DNA of 61,549 nucleotides, the filler included, from Hausera hauseri (Eukaryota): the NCBI GenBank assembly GCA_046269625.1. It is 10 parts of 10 records of this genome, joined end to end, with 100 filler letters (N's around TTAATTAATTAA, not from the genome) between each part and the next. Parts side by side here need not be neighbours in the genome. Positions count along the whole stretch, not along the records: positions 34,705 to 39,659 come from JBJURY010380036.1; positions 39,760 to 43,711 come from JBJURY010862409.1; positions 43,812 to 49,808 come from JBJURY010156311.1; 7 more parts are not named here. One strand, 5' to 3'. The notes beneath the pieces were generated by a model. The model did no database searches. It was not told the origin of the DNA and was given only the letters and a program-made list of their open reading frames with translations. The first letter of the stretch is position 1; every line of letters starts with the position of its first letter. Made by a program: the position numbers and the translations under genes. Positions 35,700 through 49,908 of the stretch are shown piece after piece.

Positions 35700-38228
35700 A
35701 ACTATGCTTGGATGAAATACACCAGCCTGTAAATTGCCACAATGTTATGCAGAAATACTTCAGCCATCTACACAACAGGGCTGAGTATGATGTATGCCCG
35801 ACATGTGAGGTAGTGTGCCAGACCAAATATAAAGACTTTTACAATGCTCATAAACAACACCTGATTCCATTCGCCAATTCGAAAAAACAAATATTCAATA
35901 CCACTATGCCAATAATGACTCCCATGCCTAAGCAAAATCAAAGATGCAGTTCATGCGTGTATTGCACAGTTAAAAATTTGGAAAAGTCAACAACATATCT
36001 ATCAATATCTTGGTATTGGACGAGGATGATAAATTATATCCCCTGCAGATATTCTATGAATTGGAAAATCATAAGGATCTGCTCCTACTAAACAATGGAG
36101 AAAAGAAACATTATGTTTGGATCATAGACTTTGACTGGCTAGTCAGATCACAAGTTGCGAAACATCATGGACAAATAGAAATATGTAAACGATGTTTGTC
36201 CCATTTCAGTTGCAAGGTAGCTGTGGAGAAGCTGAAGGAGCACAATATGTACTGCAACAACAATTATTGTATCAGGTCAGATTTCCCCAATGAGGACAAC
36301 ATTGAATTTAAGGAGTTCGAGAAAAAGATCAAGGTCACAATAGTTATATATTGCGACTTTTAAGCGATCCTGCGCCAAATTTACAGTTGCAGTCCTAATC
36401 CCCAATACAGCAGCATAACGGCATACCAATATCACGAGCCCTCACCATATTGCATGTATGCCAAAGGACTGGACAGTGAACCATATTTATTCATGGTCCA
36501 GGCACAGCAGCTCATTTCATGAAGCCACTTGAAAATATGGCTCATAGGATCGGAGATATGCAACAGCACCATAAGGATACAATGAGCATGTTGAAGCAGC
36601 AAGAAGAAGAATGGTGCAAGGCAACAGCATGTTACTTGTGCTCCAAATCATTCACTAAGGAGAATCATAAAGTCATGGATGACTGACATTTTACAGGCAA
36701 ATATCGGGGCGCGGCATGCAACCACTGCAATCTACGTTTCAAAACATGTACATATGTGCCTGCAGTGTTCCATAATCTCAGTGGCTATGAATCCCATTTC
36801 ATTGTTCGGGAACTGGGTAGCTCATTTCTTTACGGCTCTAAGTATGAGTTGGGCAATTATGCTGAGATATACAGGTGTCAGGCTGCAGATAATAAAGGAT
36901 TACGACATGATCCTCATGATTAAAAAAGGCATTAGAAGTGGAATATGCCAGGCCATTCACCGGTATAGCAAGGCCAACAACAAGTATATGGCCCAGTTTG
37001 ATCCATCCAAGGAATCCTCATATATATCATACCCGGATGCCAACAACTTGTATGGATCGGCAATAAGCGCCCCATTGCCATATGATAACTTCAAGTGGGT
37101 TGAGAATCCTGAAAACTTCCTTATACTGAACCTGGATTCTATTGGCGATACAGGATACATACTGGAGGTGGATATCGGATATCCGGCTTCTATACACACA
37201 AAACATCAATACCTGCCTTTTCTCACTGAGAGCAAGCCTCTGCCTCATGGAAAGCATAGAAAGATGCTCTGCCATCTGGATAGTAGGGAGAGGTATGTTG
37301 TCAACTACATAAATCTCCAGCACGCGATCAGGAATGGACTAGGCATTATTAAGATCCATAGAGCCCTGCAGTTCAGCCAGTCCATGTGGCTGCAGACCTA
37401 CATAAACCTCAATACGAAGCTGCGGACCAATGCCAAAAACGATTTTGAGAAGGACCAGTTCAAGCTTTACAACAACAGCGTTTTTCGCAAGACCATGGAG
37501 AATATCTGCAACAGGATCAACATCGAACTGATCTCTGAGTGGGAGTGGGCAAAGAAGCTCATTGCTAAGCCCAATTTCCACAGAATAATCATATATGCTG
37601 AGAATTGGGTCAGCATCCAAATGCTGAAAACATCCTTGCAATTCAACAAGCCCATATATGTGGGTATGACAATACTAAACCTGTCAAAGACCCTGATGTA
37701 CAAATTCCACTATGACATCATGGTCCCCACATTCAAGTCCATACAACTGATGTATATGGATACTGATAGTTTCATCTATCAGATCCATACTGAGGACATT
37801 TATGACGGCTTTGCTAAGTTGGCCCAGCATATAGATATGTCGGATTATCCAAAGGATCATCCCATCTATTCAATTACCAACAAAAAAGGTCCTTGTGAAA
37901 TTTAAAGATGATGTGAATGGGACAATCATCTAGAGATTTGTAGCTCATAGGTGCAAAATGTATGCAATTAATATATGCGGCCAAGTAAAGAAGCGGGCTA
38001 AAGGGGTTCAAAGGGCTACCTTAGCCAAGAAGATAGGCTTCAATGACTATGTTAGAGTTCTGCATGAGCAGACTCATATCATATCAGAGATGTAAAGGAT
38101 TTAGTATAGGGCTCATAACATTGATACAGTAACACTACAGAAGAAAAGTCTAGATTGGATGGATGACAAGAGGTAGATCCTGGGTGATGGAATCCATACA
38201 CTACCTCACGGACATGTGGCATTGTAGA
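35700..38228 (+). pseudogene. polB: Protein-primed family B DNA polymerase relic (Polinton/Maverick-like) with endonuclease VII-like segment
   Basis: YPDANNLYG, GYILEVDI.YP, KLYNNSVFRKTMEN, KPIYVG..IL.LSK, YMDTDSFIY, TLPHGH; HFTGKYRGAA motif; stops, frameshifts and deletions. Confidence 0.92.
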
Positions 38229-38300
38229 TATGTACATATTGTTATTCTTTGTTTAATAAATCTTTTATAGAAATATCGTGTTGTCTTCTTGATCAAATAA

Positions 38301-39659
38301 TGTGGAGTATAGGATAAGGCCAAGTAAAACTAAGTAACTAGTATGTAGGATAAGGCCAACTAATTTCATAACACATTTCATAATTATGAGGATATAATCG
38401 AGAACGGAACATTTAAATTTAAATTAGAAACATTTTTAAATTTAAAAAAATTTAATTTAGTAGTGTAATATTAAGTGTAATTTAAATTTAGAATTTTTTT
38501 TCCAAATAAGTACTTTCGATTACAATAAAAAATTTTCTACAACTGGTGCTTACTTTTTAATAAGTAATTTCAAACGATCCAATTCTGATTCAGAAGCCAT
38601 ATCAGAAGGCGGATATTTTCCAACCCTACTCAAGCTTGGCGATGTCGTGGACAGCGTGGATGCGCACGCTGCCAACATGGCGATTTACGCCACAATGGAC
38701 ATATTCGCGAACCAATTGTTGCCCAACAAATTCAGGAAAGGCGACTACGTGGAGAAGTTCATTAAAGGATGTGAAAAATTTTTCAAATATATGAACAATC
38801 GGGCGGCGAAACATGAAATCATGGTTGAATGTCTCTTGGATGAAGAAGCAAAAAAAAGATTCGAGGCAATACACGCGAAGATAACTGGATATATAAAAAC
38901 AGACTACGTAAGGCTTTCGCCCGATCCTCAACGTTGTGCGAAGATCTGAAAGAAGCAGTCGAGTACAGTATGAATGGAGCGGAACCTTAGGCTTACTTCG
39001 AGGCAATCGAGAAACTTCTGGATAAAGTCATTAAGCACAATCTTTTACGCGAGGCTCTGAAAGAGGAACTATTGTTCCAATGTAAAAATGTAGAGATAAA
39101 AAGAGAGATATGCCTCAGTGACAAAAGAGACGCGGAAACCATACGGGAGAAAATACGGGAGATACACGAGGTAAAGATTAAGACAGAAGACGTCAACATG
39201 TTTAAGGAGTATCCGGGGATCGGTAGAAGCTACCAGGAGGTGGCAGCACAAAATATTAGGAAACCCGTTCCTAGAATCAACACGATCCCAATTAAAGCAT
39301 CAAATAGTATATTAATGTGTTGGCCATGATAGAAGGAAGGGCATACGAGCAGATCTTGCACCGTATGGAGACCGGTAAAATGCTTTGGATGCGGAAAAGA
39401 AGGACACATAAGCATGCAGTGTCCCGAAAGAAATCCAGTAAAATGCGACGGATGTTGTCAGGTAGGGCACATGAGACAAAATTGTGTGAACCTTAGCTGT
39501 GCAAATGTCACCATAGAGGACATACCGAACAGGAGTGCTATATCAGGCTGGAGGGGGGAAGAGAACTAGGATGGGATACGTACGGAGTTAAAAGGAGATA
39601 CCGGGGATAAAGTGAGCAGAAGATGCAAACGTAGAGGAAGAAGAAACAGAATCTGATCA
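38301..39659 (+). mobile_element. 5' part of another LTR retrotransposon: LTR 38301-38541, PBS-like TGGTGC at 38544, gag with four CCHC knuckles
   Basis: TGTGGA...TCTACA termini; knuckles including CFGCGKEGHISMQC and CDGCCQVGHMRQNC at ~39317-39538. Confidence 0.75.
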
Positions 39660-40309
39660 NNNNNNNNNNNNNNNNNNNNNNNNNNNNNNNNNNNNNNNNN
39701 NNNTTAATTAATTAANNNNNNNNNNNNNNNNNNNNNNNNNNNNNNNNNNNNNNNNNNNNGAAGACATTTGTAATGTTTTAAATTCCAAAATAAACGTTTG
39801 AGAAATTTGCATTTGTTTCTGGAGATAAGACGATTGAGACAATTTTGATCGTCTATACTTTGGAGGCCTTTCCTGGCCTGAATTATTCACCATTTTTGGT
39901 GAGAATTTAGATGCGTGGCCCTCAGACTTGCCCGCATCTACTGACATATTATTCTCTGCAAATATGTCATTAATTTCCATGAAATTCCAGTCGTTTGATT
40001 TAGTCCTTATCAGGACTTTATAAACAGTCAGCATTAATTTTCAATTTGCAGATTGCCAATTTATTAATTCAATTTATGATATCAATATTTTTTCTATGGC
40101 ATTTTCTGCCTATCTACAATTTATTTTTATATGATCTATTTAGATATTTATATATATATATTGACACTAAAATAATCCAATTTGTTCACTCAGTGATAAT
40201 ACGAAACAAGACAATTTAGCAGTGTCGCTTAGTATGTAACATTGGATCAGATATGGTTTCAGATAACCTTATCAATCTGTCAATCCAAAATAAGTGCTCA
40301 AATTAGATT

Positions 40310-41590
40310 ATTACTTGAAAGAAATTATCATCATGGTTGTTTATCAAGAGCTAACTTCGAATCGGTATTGATGTGATACCGTTTTGAACTCTCTGCCTTT
40401 TTTTGTCCTCTACACTTGAACTTTGGTTTCTAGATCGTTGACTCGTAACTGGAATATCTTTTTTGGTCGTCTAATGATGGTACCTTGATTAAAGGCTTGT
40501 TGTTATTAATGACGGATGGATCAATAAGTCTCGTTCTTGGTATAGCACTGTCGACCTCAAATATATAATTCATTCTTGTTCTTATCCATCAATTGCTGAG
40601 ACAATTTGTCGTTCTCTTCATTTGCCTCGTGAAATGACTTTTGACATTTCGCAATTTGATTTCTAAATCGTGAATTCGACCTTTCAGCTGGATTTCTGTT
40701 TAATTTCAAGTAATCTACTTCTATCTATGACTGATTTAGCGCAGTGTTGGCTTCTGTCAGATGTAGCGGAAGTATATTAATCATCCTGTGTGGATTATTT
40801 CGTTCAAATACACAAATTATTATAGCTCTTATCTATTCGTAATCGTCGAGTATCTTCTTTTAACTGTACATACTTTTCTGAGTGCTTTTGTCAAAGTCAA
40901 TTTGCTATATAGTTCATCCATATTTCTATCTTTGAGTTCAACACGTTTCAAAAATTCTCTTTCAATTTGTTTTCTGAGATTATCTACTTCTAATTGTTGA
41001 CCATTTTCTCAGCATTCATTCTAGCAAGGGATGTTTCGGTCCCTTGTAATGTCCTGGCATACGTCGAATGTTTCGATTTAAGTGCCATGAACTTGGTTTG
41101 CATTAATGCCAGTAACTTCTTCACCGTTGCTAAATCGGCTTGTTTTGCAGTTAACCTAACTGACGGTTCTTCCTTCGTTTCTCGTTCCTTTGCGATGGAT
41201 CTTTGATTGCTTTTCAATTCGCCGTCTAACAAACTCAAATGACCATTTTTCTCTTTAACAACTTCATTGACCGTGATATTTGCTTCATTCCGACGCTGCA
41301 AACCGATTAAGGTCGAATTCCATTGACTCATCAAGTGTTTCTGTTCGTATTTTATACTCTGGATTTCGTCCTGTGTTTCTCGAAGTGTGTCTACAATTGC
41401 CTTCCGTTCTTCCGTCTGTGCACTAATTTGTATTTCATATAGACCGATTTCTTCTTTCAGTCGGTCAACCTGTTCAACAAGTTGATCGACGAGCGAATCC
41501 TGTTCCAGTTTATCGTCTTCTGCCTTGTATAATTCCTCTACGGCCTTCTCAGCAGCCCTTTTCATCACTGCAATATCACCACAAATGTCT
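40310..41590 (-). pseudogene. CCDC40: Intronless, disrupted CCDC40 (axonemal ruler) fragment
   Basis: DIAVMKRAAEKA..QDSLVDQL..IGLYEIQISAQ..LMSQWNSTLIGLQRRNEA; stops downstream; 3' limit approximate. Confidence 0.8.
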
Positions 41591-41626
41591 TTCTTGATAC
41601 TTTTACATAAAACCATCGAAGCACTC

Positions 41627-42038
41627 TTACATCCATTTCTTTTCGAAGTTATTCAAGCTTCTGGCTTTCTTGATGAACCTTGTTGTTTTTGCTTCGGAAT
41701 TCGGTTTGTGTGTGGTCAAGTTCTTAATCAGTTTCTTGGTGCTTTTGTGGTAACCAGTGATTTTCATCTTGCAGCTTTTTGAGTTCAGCGATTTCGAGAT
41801 GTTCGTCTCGCTTACTTTTAATTCTTCCGCCGTCTCTTTATCTTCCAATTCAGCTAAACGTGCACTTCTTCGTCTGGTACCTTGTTCTGGTATTGATTTG
41901 GATTTGTCTTTTCCTTTAGCAGGCATATCATACAATTATAAAACAATAATTTTGTAAAACTCGACTGACGGCTCTCAATTCACGGTTAGCCATAATTATT
42001 CTTGCTCTCTCAGTTCTCCGAACCCTGCCAGGGGTCGT
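41627..42038 (-). mobile_element. Probable LTR-element 5' remnant: degenerate PBS and gag-like start
   Basis: CGACCCCTGGCAGG (42037-42024) resembles the family A PBS; ORF MPAKGKDK..TRRRSARLAE. Confidence 0.5.
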
Positions 42039-42239
42039 GCATCCATTATTTTACACATTCTATTTTTGTATCACGCACATTCATTCAACCTTTTATACAT
42101 TCCATACAACCCTTATTTTGTCAACCAGTACACACAGTGAAACCAACATGAGCACACCTACATTCATATATACATTATATATAATTTTATATAATTACAT
42201 TATATACATTTTATGCATCCCCTATACCTCTTTTGTTGA

Positions 42240-43140
42240 AGATCGACCGGATTCCCCAACTGGTCAATCTGGTTCCAACAGCTTGAACTGCAGCTGAGGC
42301 AGCTCAATGATGACTTCTGATGTTATCGACGACATACAAGACTTTTCTATTTGTTCTTTTCATGATGTGATTAAATGTCGTCAGCCATTGATACCACAAG
42401 TCTCTTGTCATCCATGCTTTGCTATTGGCAGTGTACTGCAGAGGATGTAGGCTGATATCGAGACTTTGCTGATTTTCCAATCATCAACATCCTTCTTTTG
42501 TCTGAGCCAGACATATTGTAGCAGAATAGAAGTGTTAGGCGCACTTCTCTTGGATCCCGAGCATTTGTCATCCTTGAAAGCAGTTGTGCGATTTGGAAGG
42601 CATTCATAAAAGATGGCGCTTTCATCTGCATTATAAATGTCTTCTTCGCTGCATTCATTCAGAATGGATGAAAGAATTCTCTCTGCCAACTGCTGAGCCA
42701 TTTCACTGTTAGCTGAAGCCTATTCGCTGCAGACTGAACGAAATATTGTGCCATGCCTACCTCTGAAATGGTTGAGAAATCAAGCACTTCTTTTAAAGTC
42801 TTCATAACCACGTCGTTCGGCAAACTGCTGTGCATTCTCCTGTAACATTGGCCCATTGACATGTACGTTAGCAGAACGTTGTTGTGTGAACCACTGCACC
42901 AGCGCTTGATCCACATCCACATATTCTACTGATCTTATCTTTTTTCTTTGAGAGAGGGAACCACTTTTGCCCATTCGTCAAAGATCTTCTTTTGGCTCAA
43001 TATTGTTGAAAGAGTGCTGGGTGTTATGTCGAAGGTCCTAGCAACATCTACCTTCTTGTTGTTCTCGACTGCCTGGATTATTTCCACTTTCGTACTCAGT
43101 GCGAGTGTCTTTCGCTTCTTCTCAAGGGGAGGTATTCTTT
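42240..43140 (-). mobile_element. Tigger/pogo transposase relic (CENP-B HTH + DDE_1)
   Basis: DVDQALVQWFTQQR..NGPMLQE.A, DIYNADESAIFY..LP..T, NMSGSDK..MIGKS, NSKAWMT. Confidence 0.9.
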
Positions 43141-43811
43141 ACAGAATTGAATGTTTAAATTATAAATAAAGAAATACTTCAGGATAGAGAGAGAAGCCAA
43201 TGAGAAAGTTGCGTATGTATTGTAACAAAATTTGCTCCTTTTATATTTTTCCATCTGTTTCACAATCTTGTGATAAAACAGTGGGGAGTCACAGGGACTC
43301 CCTGTACTGTATAATTGCTATTCGTCATTACATGCAGTGTGTGCGTGATCTATATAAATAGCTGGTGATAACCGCTTGATTTTATTACATTCCTTTGCAT
43401 AGTGGGGTCGAAGACCCTAAATGTGTTCCCACTCACATACAGTATATATTTTAATATCACATCGGTTTCATGAGACGAACGGTAAAAACGGTTAAAATAT
43501 AATTGTTCTAAACTATTTTATATGAATAAACGTACTTCCTATTCCGACGAATTAGCTTGTATCGACCAGCGTTCGAATGAAACTTATTACTGATAGATGG
43601 AAAAATGTCATTTAAACCTAGTTATCACATGAAGTACAGAGAAAACCATAAATATATTCATTGAACTATAGACGTAGTGCCGTCATATAGTTCCAAGAAA
43701 AATAAAAATTTNNNNNNNNNNNNNNNNNNNNNNNNNNNNNNNNNNNNNNNNNNNNTTAATTAATTAANNNNNNNNNNNNNNNNNNNNNNNNNNNNNNNNN
43801 NNNNNNNNNNN

Positions 43812-46800
43812 CGTACTCTATTGGCTGATAAAAGTTTCGAAATTTTACAAACTAACAACTCACAACCCGTAGATACAGGAACCGCGCATACTTCATCTTA
43901 CATAAACACGACTGTTTTCGCACAGCAATTGCACTTAATGCAGAAACAATACTTTACAACATTCAATTTCAGCCATCACGGCCCAACTAAGTAATCTGTC
44001 TGTCTCGGCAAGGTGAGACCCGTGCATCGCATGAGCGTAGCCACTCCAGGCAATCATTTTGTTCTAAATCTCAGGGCGCACAAATGATTTGTTTTTATAA
44101 CAATAAATTTCGCAGAAACACAGATAAATGTCTCTTGAGCTATAAATTTTATGACGAGCGTTTTGCGGTGGACAGTCCTATCTACATTTATCACACAAAA
44201 TTTTACTCTGTAGACAGATCGTGTGTTCCGGGATGTAAACATTACCAAACCAACTTCAGTTTTTCTTCACCTTCTTCTCTTCCTCCTTCTGCCTACCAGT
44301 CATCTTCTTTCCCTCCACAATCTTCAAAGTACTAAAAACTCCGCCATATGTCACGGCACACTGTGGAATAGGCAATACTGCTCAGTTTTCTAGCCGCCTT
44401 AACACCGCCCCCACACTTTTCCTGTTAAAATCTACACTGATTCCTAGCAATGCTTCACATATCGATTTTCGTATTGACTCAGGAACTTTTTTTTCACTCC
44501 TTCCTTTGCCCTTTGTCCCTACATCCACTGCAGATTCTTCGCCGCCGCTTTTCACTGCCAGCGGTCAACCTTTGCGCATTGCAGGTACCACGGAATTGGT
44601 TGTTATATTTTCAAACTTACCAGGTACGTTTGTCTGGAAATTCCACGTGGCCAATATCAAATCGCCCATAATCGGCTCAGATTTTTTGGCCACACATGAT
44701 TTGCTACTTTACTGCAAGTATGGCTGTTTGCTACTTAGAGACGCCGTCGTGAATGTTAACAATTGTCTACCAGACAGCTCAACAGGCATTTCTTCTGCGA
44801 ACTCACATGTGGATTTGGTAAATTATTCGTCGGTTGGTAAAGCTACATTTAGTAATTTATCTACTCTTTCAGTTATATCTTAAATATCGAAGTCGATTTT
44901 AAAACAATCGGTTAAACCGAATGTTGATGGTGGCGATGTCTGTAGTTCTTCGCCAATCACAGCCACCACATCCTTTGATGATATGCCTCAATCATTTTCA
45001 TCACTAGATTCCAATCTCAAATTCTATACCATTTCTTCTTGTTCTCGTATACTCGAAATGGACTCTAGTTTTAAGCTCCAATCAACAATTTATCACTACA
45101 TAGTCACCCAACACCAAAGACCTATTAAACAAAAGGTAAGGCCATTATCTCCTCGTAGACGAAAAGCTGTGGAATTAGAGTTTAACAAACTCTAGTATTA
45201 TTCGGAGGTCGAAATCACAATGGGCTTTACCATTAAATGTAGTAGCAAAAAAGACGGTACTTTTCAACCATGTGGCGACTACCATCAAGTAAACAATCTA
45301 ACCATCGTGGATACTTACCCATTACCGTTCATAAAGGATATCCTGCACAGTCTTAAAAACACCAATACTTATTCCACAATAGATTTACACAAAGCCTATT
45401 ATCAAATTCCCGTTGCAACCGATGATATTCCAAAGACTGATGTCAACACTCCATTTGGCCTTTACGAATGCATATTTATGCCATTCGGTTTAAGTAACGC
45501 AGCCCAAACCTTTCAACGCTACATGGACACCGTACTCTCAGGCCTTGATTTTGCTCATCTGTACATCGATAACATATTAGGTGCCTCCAACTCCGTCAAA
45601 CAACACCATGAACATCCCCGAATTATTTGTTACAGACTACATCATAGCAACTTACAAGTTAACTTCTCCAAGTGCAACTTCTTTCAGAAACGTGTCAATT
45701 TCCTAGGCTACATCATTACTTTTCACGGCCACTCTCCACAACTTGATCGACTACAACAATTGAAAAATGTAACAATACCAACGAACATTACAGATATAAG
45801 AAGTTTTTAGGCACACGACATTTCGTTTATAAATACGTACAGAATTGCTCTGAGCTTACAGCACCTTTCGCACATGTGTCATCAGGAAAGAAAAGGCAGT
45901 TAATCCAGTAAACTCCTGATTTAGTCACCAAATTCGATCACTTACGCGAAGGCCTAAAATCCGTCGAAATACTGGCCTATCCAAAACTAGACGAGGAGAA
46001 GATACTTACCACCGATGCCTCTACCACAGCTACTGGTGCAATACTACACCACATTTCCAACGGCGTCGATGAACCTTTAGAATTTTACTCTCAAAAACTC
46101 ACACAACCAGAAAGCCGATATTCAACATTGGATCGTGAGCTACTAGCCATATTTCTGGTTGTAAAACATTTCAAGCATCTCCTTCTCTCTCGTCGATTTA
46201 TCATTCAAACCCACCACAAGCCTCTGTTGCACATCATGTCACTAAAACAGCCATCACCGAGATAGGAACGGCAGATATCGTACCCATCTGCATTTAGTTT
46301 TGTCATAAAATATATTTCAGGTACTAAGAATTTGGTCGCGGATTTTTTGTCGCGGTTGGACGGCTCAATTACGGTTGAACCAGTATTTTCTGCAGAAATT
46401 CTAAAGCTCAGTCAGCCGTTCAATGATATTCTTAGCTCTTTCAAATCCTTCGAAATTATTAATGGCATTGCATACGACGCATCTAACCCAGGTAATAAAA
46501 AAATCATTTTTGCGCCTTCTTTGCAAAAGCCAGTTTTCTTTCACACGCATTCACTTCATCATCCAGGCTCGAAAGTCACGTTTCGCTTGCTCCAACGTCA
46601 TGTAGTTTGGCCATCACTGTACAGAGCTGGGTTAAGGAATGCGTAGCCTGCCAAAAATGCAAAGTCAACAAACATCTTAAACCACCGCTTTACCATTTCC
46701 TTTGTACGTCACGTTTTCATACCGTCCATCTTGATGTTGTTGGTGCCTTACCTTCTGACAACGGGTATCAACATACTCTCACTATGATGGATCATGATTC

Positions 46801-48138
46801 TTGATGGCCTGAAGCCGTTCCTCTTTGTTCACCAAACACTGATTCAATAGCCGATGCCTTTATTAAAATCTGGATAAGTCGTTATGGATCCCCACGGCAC
46901 ATCATAACGGACCAAGATCCGCAGTTCGAATCGGAACTCTTCAAATCGCTTGTTAAACGCTTGGGGATATACCATTTCCATACAACATCGTATCATCCAC
47001 AATCAAATGGCCTTCTTGAAAAGTTCCATCGAACAATGAAAATTACTGTAAAAATCGTGACAGACAATCATCGCAATTGGACGTCCATCCTACCATTTGT
47101 TCTACTGATGTGGCGCAACACATCTTCCACCACCACGGGTTGTGCTTCAGCCGAGGCGCTTTTTGGGACTCCAATATGGACTCAAACTTTCCAACCTCGA
47201 CGACAATCCGACATACGATAACATTCGCTCGGAACATTCTCACTTCGTCGAAGTCAGCTTAGACTCGATCTGCCGTCTATTTAACAATAACAAATCGTAC
47301 ATTCCGAAGCATTTATACTCAGCCAAGTTTGTATAGCCCTCGGGTTTTCGACCTCAGTATGTTGGCCCATACAAACTCCTTCATCTCTCATCTCATACAG
47401 CTACCATCTTATGCCAACACAAACCTTACAACGTCCACATTTCGAATCTTAAGTCCTCTTCCTTCGTTGATGACAATCCGGATGCCAATACTACTTCCAA
47501 CTCCAACTCAACTCTCAATCCTTCCATTCCTTCCTCAAACTTTCTCCACGACTTCGCTCCGTTGCAGCAATCACCTTTCTCTCGCACTAAATCATCCTCA
47601 TCTTCGCACCGTTTACTATACCTATATTACTTATTCCGTTTTCTTCGCCCGCCTCTCTTCCCTCTCTTTCATCATCCCCACTGCCTTCTGTTTCATCGCC
47701 TTCATTTTCTTCGCCTCTTTTGCTTGACTTATTTTATTTATCACCTTCAACCTCTTCACCACAAGTACCACAGCACTTTGAATCAGAAAATCTTACAGAA
47801 AGGCTATCACAAAATTTCGTTCAACAGTCGAGCACAAATCAATCAAATAAGGCATGCACAGTGACATTTAGTACCTATAGTAGGGAAAAATCCGTAAACT
47901 GAATACAACGCCTCATACACACCAAAACCCAATAAGCACTAAGCACTTTCCTTTTTGCGTTTTGACCGTTTCTACTTTGCTTTAGAGTTCCTTTTCTTCC
48001 ATGGGGGTGGTGTATTGCCGCGATCTAGGACATGGCCCTCCATTTTCGGCTATCAGGTCACCGTTTGGTGCAGCTAGACCGGCACGGTTTTCTTCCTGCC
48101 TTTTACCTTTTGGCCTTTGTTTGTTTGGCAGCCGAACA
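43812..48138 (+). mobile_element. CsRn1-like Ty3/gypsy element (family B, copy 3): gag C-terminus, PR, RT, RH, IN, PPT, start of 3' LTR
   Basis: Tandem CHCC remnants, IDSG, PCGDY, MPFGLSNAAQTFQR, YIDN, HLDVVG, YHPQSNGLLE; PPT GGGGGTGG 48003-48010 then TGTATTG; LTR right end uncertain. Confidence 0.92.
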
Positions 48139-48149
48139 GTCCATATCAG

Positions 48150-48425
48150 TGTCAAATAAAATCAATATTCTTATTTGGTTGTTTATTAGGCTACCAATTA
48201 TTCTACTTTTTATTTTTCCTTTCATTCATATCTGTATACCAAGTGGATTTAGGTTCGTTCGTACAAATAATCTCGTTGTTTCTGGTAAGTGTTAACAGTT
48301 GCATTAATCCAGTTGTTTACATTGTCGTAATGAGAAATTTCAGGAAGGAATATTTTGGAATTCTTACTTGTTTTAAACAATCCAATTCAGTAGCCACTGA
48401 AACAAAATCAAATACGTATACTTAA
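48150..48425 (+). pseudogene. 3' end (TM6-TM7-helix 8) of a rhodopsin-family GPCR next to the LTR
   Basis: VNSCINPVVYIVVMRNFRKEY..LTC (NPxxY and helix-8 FR). Confidence 0.75.
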
Positions 48426-49399
48426 TGTGATACAGATTGAACGTTTTATGTTTTTAGCCAGCATCATTGCGATTTTTTGCACGAAGTAGAGACGTTAGAG
48501 AAATTTTGAATTCATTGTCACCGAATAGAAATAATAAACTTTGATTTTATTTCTCCATATGAAAAATTACAATGGTATGTTATTGAACTAAATTTCTTTT
48601 GTCGTTCGTTTTAGTACTTTTTCAATTTCTTTTAGTACGTAAATAAATTTTGAGTTTTGCACTAAACACGTTGGACGAATTTGCATTTTGTTTGCGATTT
48701 TCTAGGTTACCAAGAATTAAATACTGTGGTGATGTAAAGAAGACAGGGTACTCCATTTGTTCAAATGCAATCTGGAGGAATTGGCTACAGAACTAATAAA
48801 GTAGTACCGGAGTTTTCAACTTATCCATTAGTAGTAGGAAAGGAGCACAAAGCCCCAATATAAATTTCCTATCTCGAAGACCCCCCGGGGGAAGAAAAAA
48901 TTTTCTTTGCCGGATGAGTCAATGTGGGATAGGAAAATTGGCCAGTGGGAAACAAGACATGATCCCCCCAGTTTGGGATATATGTTCGCAGTGGCTTGGT
49001 GTGCCCTGCTTTAGCTTGGTGTGGCTAGGGTTTAGCTTGATTTGGTTTGATTTTGCTTGGTGTGGTTAGTGCTTACTTTTTTTTGGCTTGGTTTGGCTTA
49101 ATGTCGCTTGGGTTTCCCTACTTTCACTTTAGGGATCAAGTGCTTTTAGGTGCACTCATGTTTCCCTCCCATCGATTACCTTTATATGTGTATTGTTTTC
49201 TTAATGTGAGATTATGTAGTATTATGTTCAAACATAACGCTGTGTCTAGTGTTGGAAATAACGAAAATTGAACGTATTTACTAAAAGGCCTAACCAACAA
49301 AAGCAACATAATACAGATTAAAATTTTTATTTATACCACATATACAAATAAATCAAAATATTTACAATTAAGTCAATAATGTCTGTAAGCAATTGATCT

Positions 49400-49808
49400 G
49401 TTTTTCTTAATTCACTGCCGTTTGTAGTCGAATGGATCCAATGATTTCTTTTTTGTGCTGATCGACATAAGTTTGTGGTTTTTAGTCTCGATTCCTTCCT
49501 GGTCCACCATGGTCCCACAACCGGATTCATAAGCCTGTAAATAGCTGTCGAAATGCAAGTCTGTCTGCTTGAGATTTACGCCATTGCATTTGAGAGCATT
49601 GAGTTTTGAGAGCATAAGATTTTGGCCGTAGACAAATCCCCTCTTTATACTGAATGCAGCCCTTACTTTCGTCTTTAAATTTCCCTATTACAGCTGCGAA
49701 GCGAGTCGAGTATAGCGGATTACTCTTGTCGTAGTTCGATGTATCTAGTTGTTCATTAGCTATCATTTCTGGTAACAATTGTAATTTTAAGTCAACACCG
49801 CGACACTC
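49400..49808 (-). pseudogene. polB: C-terminal fragment of a second Polinton-type PolB
   Basis: LDTSNY..NPLYS..VIGKFKDE..LRPKSYA; KKSLDPFDYKR. Confidence 0.85.
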
Positions 49809-49908
49809 NNNNNNNNNNNNNNNNNNNNNNNNNNNNNNNNNNNNNNNNNNNNTTAATTAATTAANNNNNNNNNNNNNNNNNNNNNNNNNNNNNNNNNNNN
49901 NNNNNNNN

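Noticed and set aside
35700-38228. Intact Polinton or virus
   Set aside because: Only a disrupted PolB; no capsid, ATPase, protease, integrase or TIRs visible
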